DNA of 63,962 nt, filler included, from Choristocarpus tenellus KU-1152 (taxonomy: Eukaryota > Protista > Phaeophyceae), in NCBI GenBank assembly GCA_964200185.2. It is 11 parts of 11 records of this genome, joined end to end, with 100 filler letters (N's around TTAATTAATTAA, not from the genome) between each part and the next. Parts side by side here need not be neighbours in the genome. Positions count along the whole stretch, not along the records: positions 40,959 to 47,570 come from CAXNAD020007754.1; positions 47,671 to 52,056 come from CAXNAD020014795.1; positions 52,157 to 55,026 come from CAXNAD020024065.1; 8 more parts are not named here. One strand, given 5' to 3'. Below are positions 41,210-52,443 of the stretch, in pieces. A program made the translations under genes and the position numbers. The number at the start of each line of letters is the position of its first letter. The first letter of the stretch is position 1. The notes beneath the pieces were generated by a model. That model had not been told where the DNA came from. It saw only the letters and a list, made by a program, of their open reading frames with translations, and searched no databases.

Positions 41210-44200
41210 GCGGTGGCAGCAGTCCTGGCAGAGGTGAAGAGGATTGCCTCTGAAGAACAAGCCACGCATCAGAAGGGCTTGCAGACTACACTATCAACCC
41301 ACCCTACCTCTGCCAGTACCATCAGCACCAAAAGTACATTATGGACAAGAAAAGATATGGATGCTGCACAGCAGGTAGAGTTGAAAGGGAACATGCATGC
41401 TGACCCTCCCTCTTGCATCTGTCCTCCTGAAAGTCAAAACAATGTAGTGCAAATATGGACTTGTTGGATTTCATCTACATGAGAAATCTGCAAAGGGAAA
41501 CAGAAGTGAATATTGTTGATTGAGAAGTTACTAATTTTCCTATCTTCAAGAAGAAAGATAGAAAAGAGAACTATTGGGAACGCAATACAACACAACACAT
41601 CACTAGTGGACGATAACAATGACTAGTTGACTTCATCTCACTATTCTGAAGTTAATATTAGTCTTTGAATCGTCACACTTCACATACACATATTGAAGCA
41701 CCACACAATCGTGTTGTTGAATACTCATTGCAGCACATTCAAGAATTAATTGGGCTTATCTCTATGACTATCCCAGCAAACATAAGCCTTCTCCTATACC
41801 ATCCCTAGCAAGCCATACCCTTTTGGTCAGAGGAATCCATTTTCTGTTTGTACCATCTGGACCAGCGTTTTCAGACTTAGACAAGGTACTGTTTCTGCTC
41901 CGATCAACATCTAATCTCTTCTTGTCCCAATTTATTTAGGAAGTTCTCAAAGAAGTAATCCAAGCGCTTGGTGGATGGCGCGCAGCAGTTTTCCTAGACT
42001 CCGGAGGTTTGAACTACAACATTGATATTGAAAATTGGCCGGTTAAGGATGAGGTAAGAGTCTGTGGTTATAATCTGATCCACGTAGAGAAATAACACCC
42101 TGCCATGTACAGGGAAGTCGGAACCTCCAATAAATTTCAGGTGATTGTTGCATTACCTTTGATCTATAAAGAACTTGCTTTTAAAAATGTGATGGGCATG
42201 TCAGCACCCGCATTCTCATCACTCATGCCTAGTTCATGTTCAGTATTCGTGCCCTGCTCATCGTAATGGATATGTTTAACTAGGAAAAGGCAGCGTTTGT
42301 AGGAAAAGTCACAATTCAATGCTTGTACTTTGACGTGCTGCTCAAGCGCAGGTAAAAATACGGTCTGCCCTGAATGGGGGCCTTCAACCCAAACTGGAGG
42401 AGGGGGGACCTTGCCCCTCAACCACCCTGAAGGCCTTCGTGATTCAGGAGAATCCTACACAACATCCTGAAGTAAGTGTGTAGGACATGAGCTAGAAAGG
42501 AAGCCAGTGTGATGAGGAAAGAAGGGAACCAAACTTCCACAAGATCTAGCCCAGCTGCATATCTTGCACTGAACTACATGTACTATGCGTCTGTTGTCCA
42601 GGTTCAAGTTTCTCAGTTGGTTAGAGGTTGGTTGTTTGAGATATCCAATATAGTTCATGCTGATCTAGGAGCACCAACAATGGTTGATGCAGTCTCGATG
42701 TCTAAAGTGGACCAGACGACAGGGTAAGAGCAAAAATCTACCCTCCATCCTCTTGACCTTAACCTTTGTTTCTCTTAGCAACAATCTACATCGACAGAAC
42801 TACCCCATTAGCATTTAGGATAGTGTTTTATTGTCTCCAAAGTTTTTTGCTGCGCACCTGTACCTGCTAAATGCAGAGAGTGAAAGTATCTTAGAGGGTA
42901 CGAGTTTTGCCCTGTTTGTCCATTTGGGACTTGGCTTCCCTCAGGGTTTTATGCCATTTTCCGTCTCCAAAAATATTTCGGAGTAGGTAAAATGTATACG
43001 TTATGAAAAGGTTTCTGGAACAAGGATATTGACACTTCCTAACAAACACAATAGCCAAAATTNNNNNNNNNNCCCCAAATGGACGTGGCTCTACCCTCTA
43101 AGATACTTTGGCTTAGAGCAGTTTGATGTCGCCTTACTGCACACCATGGATTCACCTGAAGTATTCTTGTGTGTAAGCATTTGTTCGTGTTACCATTACG
43201 GACAATGTATATCTATATTACAATGCGGAAAATGCATCTGAACTTATACCAAACATTTACGAATTTGCCCCTAGTAAATATTGAGTACACATTAATCTAG
43301 ATGCACAAGTATGTCCCGTTGCCTAGCTGTATTCGTAGCTGTATGTGCTGCTGTAGATGGAGACAGCATGCTCAGAGGAAATGTATATTTACCTTCCTAC
43401 CAAATTGTTGACCTACCTACAGCTGTAGTAGGGAGTAGTGGATCAGAATCTTGTTGTAAGATCAACTGCCCACCTGCTGTTCACAAATGGTCTCAGGAAT
43501 ACAGCTAACTTTGATACGGTGGAAGGAGCATCTTGGACCACTGCATGTTTGCCCCTGATAGTTCAAATATTATTGAACATTGTATTGTTTATCACCCTGA
43601 CATGCCATCTTCTGCTAAAACGACATGCTGATATTCCAACGACACAGTTAACCAGCTACGGCTCTTTCCTAACCTCATCCAGGAGCACACCCTAGTAGAC
43701 AAGAGCATGCAGACCACGTACACCTTAGAAGAAAAAAGTGTACAAACCACGGAACCAAGTCCTCAGGTGGATCGTATATCTGAGTCATTGGAAGTTCCTG
43801 AAGTAGAGAGCAGAAATAATGAACAAGATGAACCTGTGGGCGTACAAGCCTCTCTGGTTGTACCCTCACATGAAGCTCCCGAGTGTGAAGTACCGGATCG
43901 TCTCGAGGGCAAGGAGGTTAAGGAAGACAAAGACAAAGGGGCTCAAGATGGACAAGGTGGGAGCAATGCCTGCTACAGTGTCTGAGCGAAAGTATCTTAG
44001 AGGGTACAAGTTTTGCCCCATTTGTCCATTTGGGGCTTGGCTTCCCATGGGTTTTTTTGTGACATTTTCCTACTCCAAAATGTTTCGGTGATTAAAATGC
44101 ATACGTTATGAAAAGGTGTGTCTGGAACAAGGATATTGACACTTAGCAAAAATGATAGCCAAAATTACATCAAAATCGCAACATTGGATTTTGGCCCCCA

Positions 44201-46282
44201 ATTGGACGCGGCTCTACCCTCTAAGATACTTTGACTCGTCTTTTTGGCACCACTGTGGACCCAACTCTATCTTAGCATACCTGTATTCAACGAAAATGCA
44301 CTAACTTGAGAAATGATGGGAATGAGGAAGAGGATGGGGTGGACAGAAGAAAGCTGGGGCCTAGATACGGCCAGTCTTCCACCCTGGAGTAGGCAAATAT
44401 AGAGGGATGGTCCGGATAGCATTTGGTTGCCACTGTTACTTTTTGGTTCCATCAACACTACCACCAGCAGTTATGGGTGGTGCAAGTAGATAGGCAAGTG
44501 AACTGTAGAAAGGAAAGATGTATATTTGCATAGGACCTGGCACACTGCATCATGAGGATAGAATTCTTCCAGATGCATGTCATTAGCTTATTATATCAAC
44601 CAATAAAAATAGCTGAGCATCAATGCTCCAAGATGGTTCGTGGTACTTCTGAAATGCTTAATACTATGAAGTAAATGCTAACACTTTTCTCTCCATCCTT
44701 TGTCAAGCAATCTAGTAAGCCTTCAATAATTTCGATCTGGAACTTAGGGCCAAACAGCGAGGCACATGTCAGCGAAAGAAAGCCAACACCTGCTGAAGAG
44801 AAAGCTGTTACGAGTACTACCAAGTTCGAAGCATCCAACATCCTTGTCAAGGAAAATACTGAATACAAGAAAGCATTAAAGAAACTCCAAGTAGAGTTAT
44901 CATCTGCGTGTTTTGCACTGGAGAGAGTCAAGAAAGATCTACGTGAAGAGAAGGACAGGTATACTATTTTTAAAAGTTTGCACCTGGAGAGCTCATCCAT
45001 GATGGGCCATATTTTCGATCCTCTATCTTCTATGCATACCACTGACTACCCCCTTCCCACTGCTCTAGGATTGCCAGCATAGTCCCATGCGATTTCACCA
45101 CCTCCCCACCATCCTCCCTTTCTCTCCATCCTTTTCTATGGTATTGTTGCCATACATGTTATTAATTGCCCTCTTTTATTTAGAGCTCTCAAATTGACTC
45201 TATATAAGCAGAAGCATCTGGATATCATTGCAGAGACCAATGCCTCCCAAGAGAGAGGCAAAGAAGAGGCAGAGAATATTGGAGAAATGTGGTACCCTAT
45301 GGCGGCACTGCTGGAAGAGAGAAAGGCCCTTGTCAGTTTTCGACTTGCATTAACAACTGTTTTTTGTCAGATACTTGAGCTTTGCCGCCTCACTGAGGCA
45401 GAGAAGTTGGATATGTTTAAGGAGGACCAACCCTGGAAGGTCAAAGAGGGATGGAGAAGTACTGCTGGAGGAGATAGCAGTTTGACAAAATCATGGTGTG
45501 GGAACCCTGCACTGGGGAATATCCACCAACCGACATCCCTGGTTCAGATGGTGTGTGATGGGGAAAATGCCAATGCCATTTGCTCGTCCACTAAGTTTAA
45601 GCTGGCAACTGGGCTGCCATCTACTGCAAGGGAAGGGGATGCGCAGATAAACACCAACCATGCGAGGATCGCACCTGGGGCGAGAGTTGGGGGTAGAGAT
45701 AGTGAGGAGTATACATCGTCCGGGATACAGTCCCCACTTCTCCCACCCACTGTCCGGACAACCCACTTCATGCCACAGATCTCTCGTGCAGAGGCACAAG
45801 CTTCGCCTAGCCTGCCAAGACTCCCAGAGAGTAACAATGGTGCAAGGCCAGAAGAAGTGAGCATTTTCCAGCCTGAATCTCTTTCCCCCTCTAGCATGGA
45901 CTCTGTGGAAAGGTTTCTTCCTGCCCATATCAGAGTACACCCAACCGATGTGGATGAGGCCATTGCATCATCACGTGCAGCTGCTGAGGAGGTTGAGAGT
46001 TTTGGGAGCATTGTGTGCTCAGTTGGTGGTGGAGAAACAATCGCCAATGACACCTCACTCGACTTCAAATACTCAAGGCAGGCGGGAGGCAACATTGGGG
46101 CACACGCAGAGGGGATTGGTGGGGGAGCTACAGGATCTTATGTGGTTGATACAAGCTCTACTACGAAAGTCTTACAAGCACTTGAGAGAGATAGGGTGAG
46201 GTCGAAGTCTCTTGCTGGATTCATAAAGGTCAAGTTGGAGGCTGCCACTTCTCGCTTTGTGGGAGATACTTCTTTAAAGTGA
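41210..46282 (+). CDS. Unknown protein with a coiled-coil segment and long low-complexity last exon (5' partial)
   Basis: Putative exons at ~41210-41374, 41940-42053, 42602-42723, ~43683-43957, 44748-44958 and 45184-46282 (terminal ORF >360 codons). Heptad-like stretch ENTEYKKALKKLQVELSSACFALERVKKDLREEKDRALKLTLYKQK. One phase junction is unresolved. Confidence 0.55.
42878..43114. mobile_element. Sola2-like MITE, family A (contains a 10-N gap)
   Basis: Same TIRs and internal sequence as 43984-44237. Confidence 0.85.
43984..44237. mobile_element. Sola2-like MITE, family A, complete, with TSD GTCT
   Basis: TIRs GAGCGAAAGTATCTTAGAGGGTA..TACCCTCTAAGATACTTTGACTC, flanked on both sides by GTCT. 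Confidence 0.9.
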
Positions 46283-46748
46283 GCAAAAATTATTTCCTTC
46301 CAACAAGGGGCAGTGAGTCCTGCTCAGGGATTAGAGGAAATATGGTGATGGTGCTCTCCTGAAGAAATGTAGGGCTGACGATAAATCTCCGTCCCATCAC
46401 AAGAACAGTAATTGAAAGTTAATGCATGGCAGACTATATCTTGATTCCCAAGTGTATATGTTCACCTGAGGTTTCAGACAGGTTACGATCGAATTTATGG
46501 CTCCTACCCCCACATCTAAGCAGTCAAACACTGTGGTGACCATTAATAAGTAAGAGAGCGACCTAGAGCAACACCACTAAGAAATATATGGAGGTGTCAT
46601 CCCCAAGCTCATATCATATCAAGAGTGTTCATAAAGCTGCTCTCGTGCAACTAACATGTTTTTCTCATGACTACTCCAAATTATACCATACAACAAAGAG
46701 TTATCATTATAGGGGGTATCCTGTAATTAGATTGAATCTCCTTGATGT

Positions 46749-47007
46749 GAGCCAAAGTATCTTAGAGGGTAAAGCCGCGTCCATTTGGGGGCCAAAATCC
46801 AATGTTGCAATTTCGATGTAATTTTTGCTATCGTGTTTGTTAGGAAGTGTCAATATCCTTGTTCCGGACACAAATTTTCATAATGTATACATTTTACCTA
46901 CTCCGAAATTATTTTGGAGTGAGAAAATATCATCAAAAAAACGAGGGAAGCCAAGCCCCAAATGGACAAACAGGGCAAAACTCGTACCCTCTAAGATACT
47001 TTCACTC
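46749..47007. mobile_element. Sola2-like MITE, family A, complete, with TSD ATGT
   Basis: TIRs GAGCCAAAGTATCTTAGAGGGTA..TACCCTCTAAGATACTTTCACTC, flanked by ATGT. It is in the opposite orientation to the copy at 43984. Confidence 0.9.
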
Positions 47008-47386
47008 ATGTATCACACAACAGCTGACGTACAGCAGTTGTCAACTAACACCGTTTGGCTTACAATTATTTTCCAAACAGTATCACCATACCCTTCCATG
47101 GCACCTCCTCTTATCCTGACACACAAATTTCGGTGGAATAAGGGGAGAGTATGCTGCAGGTCAGCAGTGGATGTTGACCAACCCAAATCTAAACGCGATG
47201 TCCAAATCATAATCCCTCTAAGATATTTGCCTCAATGCTCCGGAGTATTGCACACGAGTACTGTCTACGTATGAGAAAAAAACGAAGTTCCGAACTTTGT
47301 TTTGATCTATATTTATAATCAACAGTTCAAGGCTCTGTCCTTGAAGAAAGAGGCTTGTAGGGTTTCGAATATTTGTGTCTCGAGTT

Positions 47387-47570
47387 GAGTGAAAGTATCT
47401 TAGAGGGTACGAGTTTTGCCCTGTTTGTCCATTTGGGGTTTGGCTTCCCATGGGTTCTTCTATGACATTCTCCTACTCCAAAATGTTTCGGAGTAGGTCA
47501 AATGTATACATTATGAAAAGGTGTGTCCGGAACAAGGATACTGACACTTGGGTCAAAGTATCTGGGGGGG
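47387..47570. mobile_element. Family A MITE interrupted at 47550 by the terminus of a poly-G family MITE
   Basis: GAGTGAAAGTATCTTAGAGGGTACGAG.. runs to ..GACACTT, then switches to GGGTCAAAGTATCTGGGGGGG at the contig end. Confidence 0.8.
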
Positions 47571-48749
47571 NNNNNNNNNNNNNNNNNNNNNNNNNNNNNN
47601 NNNNNNNNNNNNNNTTAATTAATTAANNNNNNNNNNNNNNNNNNNNNNNNNNNNNNNNNNNNNNNNNNNNAATAAATAATATATTTTATATAATTTTATT
47701 TAAAAATTTTTTGTTGGGGGGGGGGGGGGGGGGGGGAGGAGGGCAGCGTGAGGGCAAACCTGCCTGCTTTTTTTATTTTATCACTGAAAACGTGAGGGGG
47801 ACAGGGTGCAGGGTTTTGGAACGTTATATCCACCTTGTAAGGTATGGGTTGTGTGAAAGAACTAGGGCCACTTAGAGAAGGGTGAGAACAAGACATAGGA
47901 AGTTTCTTCCGTGACGTGACAGATCTGTGTGCTACAAACTACACTGTGGTACTAAAAAAAAATCCATCCCACATTGGTGTTAGTAAGGGAAAAGGGGGTT
48001 CGCTTGGCAAGAGGACTTTTGCAGAGCTGCACTGTCTGCACCGTGAAGTCAAAATTCCATCGCAGTTTCACAATAGTACTTCAGGAAGATGTAGCGTTAT
48101 ATCCTGGTTGGTTGGGGTGGGTTGGGTGTTGTGATGCCATAGGTGGAACTATGGATTACGACTGCATGACTACATGCGTCAGAGGCATACAACATGACTC
48201 GGACGCTAAGCTACGCTGATTGGTTAGATGGATGCAAGGAGGGGGAGTAGCCCTCATAAGCAAAGGGAATGGAGAGGAACTACCTGCTGGGCAGTAGTGT
48301 CCACGGGTCAGCAACGCCACACCCACAACTCACTCACAACAATGACAGGTTGTGAGGGTTCTGAAGTACACCTCTCATGAGCAAAAAATCAAACAAAAAC
48401 ACAACAATAGAGGAGCAATAGCATACACAGACATCAAATGGGGGGAAGATAGCAAGCTACCTTGCAGTGCAGTCTCTGGCAGTCTCTCAGTACATTTCTG
48501 TGGTTGTTGAGCAATCAATCAACACTTGTAACAAATTCACAAGGCATGTTACCTTGAGCAGGAAACTAGGGCTAGCTCTAAGTGCAAGAGCACTAGCAGC
48601 ACCTGGCTGCAAATAGTAGAATAGTTGTGCTTCCCATTTAGATTTGTGTTGCCCTGCCTTATGACGCAAGGAAGTATTGTTGCGGTGATTAGTCCTACAT
48701 TGGCGCCTCCTTCAGTAAAATATTAAAACGTGTGATTTTCTTGTCCTAC

Positions 48750-49756
48750 CTGCTGACCCCAGGAATTGTCCTCGCGGTGGTTCATAGCTACAAAACGCCT
48801 TCTCGGGTTGAAATGGAAATGCACGTCCGTAAAGTCGTGGTGGTTTGCAGGGCAGATATTTATTCCCCAGGAACTGCTGTGGGGTGGAACAGTGATCTGC
48901 ATGACCAGCGTCTCGAATTTACCCTCGTTGAAGCCAAAATTAGCCAGGTCTCGGACTAACGGTGCACTGGGCTCAAAGATGGTCTCCTCGTCCCCTGGCA
49001 TCTCCTCATACGAGCGCCACTCTTCTGAGACGAGGAGGCCAGATGCGGGGAACTGGGTAGGGACACGGAAAGATCAGTCGTTTTAAGGGCCTTCTACCTT
49101 GTACAGCCGCGCTGAATATTCACGCACACTAGTAAACTTGCTATTACTCAGTTAAAGGGTTTCAGACTAAGACATACGCCGTAGAGGAGTCTCAAGGATA
49201 CTAAGACACTCACTTTGTTTCGATCCAATTTTGTAGGCAAGTTCAGTGAAACCCCCGGGGCTAACGCGTCCCTGTTGATCCTAGCCTTCTTCTTGGTTCC
49301 GGACGCCGCAGCTCCTCTCGTCCCGAGGGATTCCTTCCTTTTCTTCGCCTCCAGGGCTTGCTTTAGTCGTGAGATCACCGTATCGGGCGGGGGTTGTTTT
49401 TCTTCAGTGTGGACAGAAGTACTCGTGGAAGCAGCATTCACGGCTCCTAATCCTGTCACCACTCGGCTTGCTTCCACAGCCTCCACCCCTCCGCCAAGAG
49501 CTAAAGCTGAGTCATTTCCATTCCACTTGCCAGATACGGGGGAGGATTTCTCTTGCGCCACATGGTTTGTTTCCTCATTCTTGGAAGCATCCTTCTCGCC
49601 TTTCTTGCGGTACCGCCTAAACAGGCTGAGAAGCACCTTTTCCTCTGCTGTAAAGCCTTCCGCACCTTCAACACTACCTACACGTGAAGTATCACCAGCC
49701 CTACCAGGCCGAGGACTCAAGCCCTGGCCAGGTCTCCTTACTCGTGGCATCCTCAA
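48750..49756 (-). CDS. Protein with a low-complexity charged N-region and a galectin-like (Gal-binding lectin) domain, partial
   Basis: The exon ~49756-49214 (AAA|gtgagt) joins in phase 0 to exon 49052-48750 (cccag|TTC..CAG|gtagga). The latter encodes ITVPPHSSSWGINIC..DVHFHFNPRRRFVAMNHREDNSWGQQ, matching the galectin H-F-N-P-R..N..WG signature. Confidence 0.65.
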
Positions 49757-51987
49757 TTTGAATCCTCAGTAGTGGGTTTTCAGGAGTGCAACTATGGGTA
49801 AGTTTCACCTCCAGTGGAAAATGGTGTGGGAAGATGTCATTTTTTGGATATGAAGAACCCAAAAACATGAGACATGGGATGGAGTGGTAGGTTGTTCGAG
49901 AACGAGAGGTACGATGGCACACATCATTAGATCGATGCGACAGTTCACATGTTGGAAGTCGTTTATCGTTATCAAGGAGAGGGTGAAACTATGTGGAAAA
50001 GATCAACGTACGTGGGTGAAACGTCGCTGAACCATCTACTTGAAGCAAGACGCGAATGGTTCATCGTCCCACGTCTGGAGAGGAGGCGAGTGTCAGTGAT
50101 CGAAACCTGGGCGTCAATCATCGCACACAATAGGGAGAGATTCCTAGAAAATGTGTGAGAGCTGAGAGAGGGGGGAATTAATCAGTGCGATGTCAATCGA
50201 TATTACTATGTAGTAGATTGTTTGATTGCAACCCACCATTGCGCGAGGTTTTTCGTCAAAATGGGTGCGAGGTTTGCGGGAAGCTGAAGATTGGTGAGAG
50301 AGGGCAGGTTGATGGGGGTGGAGGGGTACATCAGTCGCCCAGGACGGTTGTTGAGGTGTCTATTACAGTACCATTAGTACTCGTGGAGATGAACATGAGA
50401 GGTACGACGCATGTGGAGAAGGAAACAATGGAGACTTGAGACTTGACTTGACTTGGATGACACAAGGTTGGGAGAGCGAAAGGGAGAAAATTATAGGAGG
50501 TGGAACGTCGCACACGAGTAGGCGATGTAAGAGAGGTAGTCTGTGAAGTGTGTGGCCTCGAATATAGAGCAAATTCCTGTGCTATGTCCATGGATACTTG
50601 CATTGTTCGTTTGACTCTAATTTCTGAAAGGGAGCGATCAAAGGTATTAGAGAAATTAAAAAAGAATCGGCATTTACCACAGAAAAGTATCAAAGATGCA
50701 CACATGAAGATTTTGTGACTCATCAAAATTTACTCTGCCATGACACGGGTAAGTTGCTTACCCTGACAATTGACATAACAAAGCAATTTATCAGAACGAG
50801 GAAAAAGCAAAGGGGGAAGTTGTTGGTAGAGACTCGTCTAACTTTATGAGAGATCATTACGTGTAAAAACATTGAATTCCTGAAATACAATTGATCCTGT
50901 TAGTATTATGTTCATGTAGAGATCATTGCAGCAGTAGATAACTGTGCCATACACCCTACTGTCTGTAGTGATATCACTCTACATCATCAATCAACATTCC
51001 ACTGTTTATCTCTCCTACTCTCCCATCACGCTGAAGCCACCACCCTCCTTTCCGGAGAAAAAAAATGGCGTCTCGTAGACCTCCATATCACAAACCTAAG
51101 CTAGACATACGTAATGGGAATGACGTGGCCTCGATGCTCAATATGGCAAGCAGTAGATGACACTCTCTGCTGCTAAATTTACAATGTCTGGATCAATCAC
51201 TTTGAAATCGATTTCCTTGGTTTATATTCATATATATAATGGACTGAAAGAGGTGTTTTGCCAAGACTGAAAGTACACAATATTATATTATCCATAATCC
51301 TTTGCCATCGAAGTCTTCGCAGGGAAAGATCATACAGACATTTATGAATCCACTACATAGAACCGCCTCCTGTAACACTTATGTGTTCATATTTGGTAGT
51401 AAACTTTGGTACGTTGCTCCACTTCAGTTGATAGGATAGCTACAATGCCCTGACTTACATCAATATGTAACCCATGACCCACAATGCATCCTTCTCGCAA
51501 AATTGATGGTACGTAGTCTCTTCCCCCGACACGGGACTGCCCTATCCACCCTAAACCATATCTACACATCACACAACACAACCATGTCACACAGCACCCT
51601 TCACCAAAATTTCACAACACTCTCAGGCCCTTATGTTGCATACTTAAGTTATTGTGTATTGTTAACGTCAAACATACCAAGCTTGGTAAGGATCACATAG
51701 TGCTGTAGGGGACTGAACAATCTGGAAATAGAGTGAACTAGCAGAGTGTGATGTTTTGGGTACAGTAGGATCCCTAACACTTTATACTCAAGGAAAAGTA
51801 TAGTGTGCAGTGAATTTGCCCGGTTGTGTCTTGGAATGGGTAAAATCTACTCTAGGGTAGAAATGACAGCAGCAGTGTGTTGAAGAAGGGACTGATGAGT
51901 AATATGAAATTAGCTTGGAAAGTGTAAGATTTGGATCAAGGGTAGCAGTGTGACCTTGTTGGAGTAAGAACAGTAGTTGCATTCAAT

Positions 51988-52056
51988 GGCTAGAAGTATC
52001 TGGGGGGGGGTGGGGGCTGTCCATTTGGGGTCCATTTTTTCATATCGCGATTTTTG
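51988..52056. mobile_element. MITE family B end at a contig boundary
   Basis: GGCTAGAAGTATCTGGGGGGGG..CCATTTGGGGTCCATTTTTTCATATCGCGATTTTTG. Confidence 0.7.
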
Positions 52057-52443
52057 NNNNNNNNNNNNNNNNNNNNNNNNNNNNNNNNNNNNNNNNNNNN
52101 TTAATTAATTAANNNNNNNNNNNNNNNNNNNNNNNNNNNNNNNNNNNNNNNNNNNNCCCCCCCAGATACTTTGACCCTGCTGCCTACTTCAGAGAAGAGG
52201 AAATGATCCAGGGGGCTGCCTGAACGTGCCCTTCAATACTGTCATGCAAAGCAGGAGCTGCTACTAGCCTCTGTTCTTGGATGAGGTAGAATTGAGCTGA
52301 TTGGTATCTGCACACCATGCACCAGAGACAGTACTTGTGGCAAAGGGTTTATGTGTTGCTGAGTTTGTGGGAGATGAAAGCAAGTGGCATACCAGAAGCA
52401 AAAAGAAAAGCAAAGTGGTTGAGTAAAAATGTTTGGAACTTAC

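Noticed and set aside
49215-49772. Long antisense ORFs (also 45544-46095 and 15383-15880)
   Set aside because: They are shadows of coding exons on the opposite strand, with no recognisable motifs.
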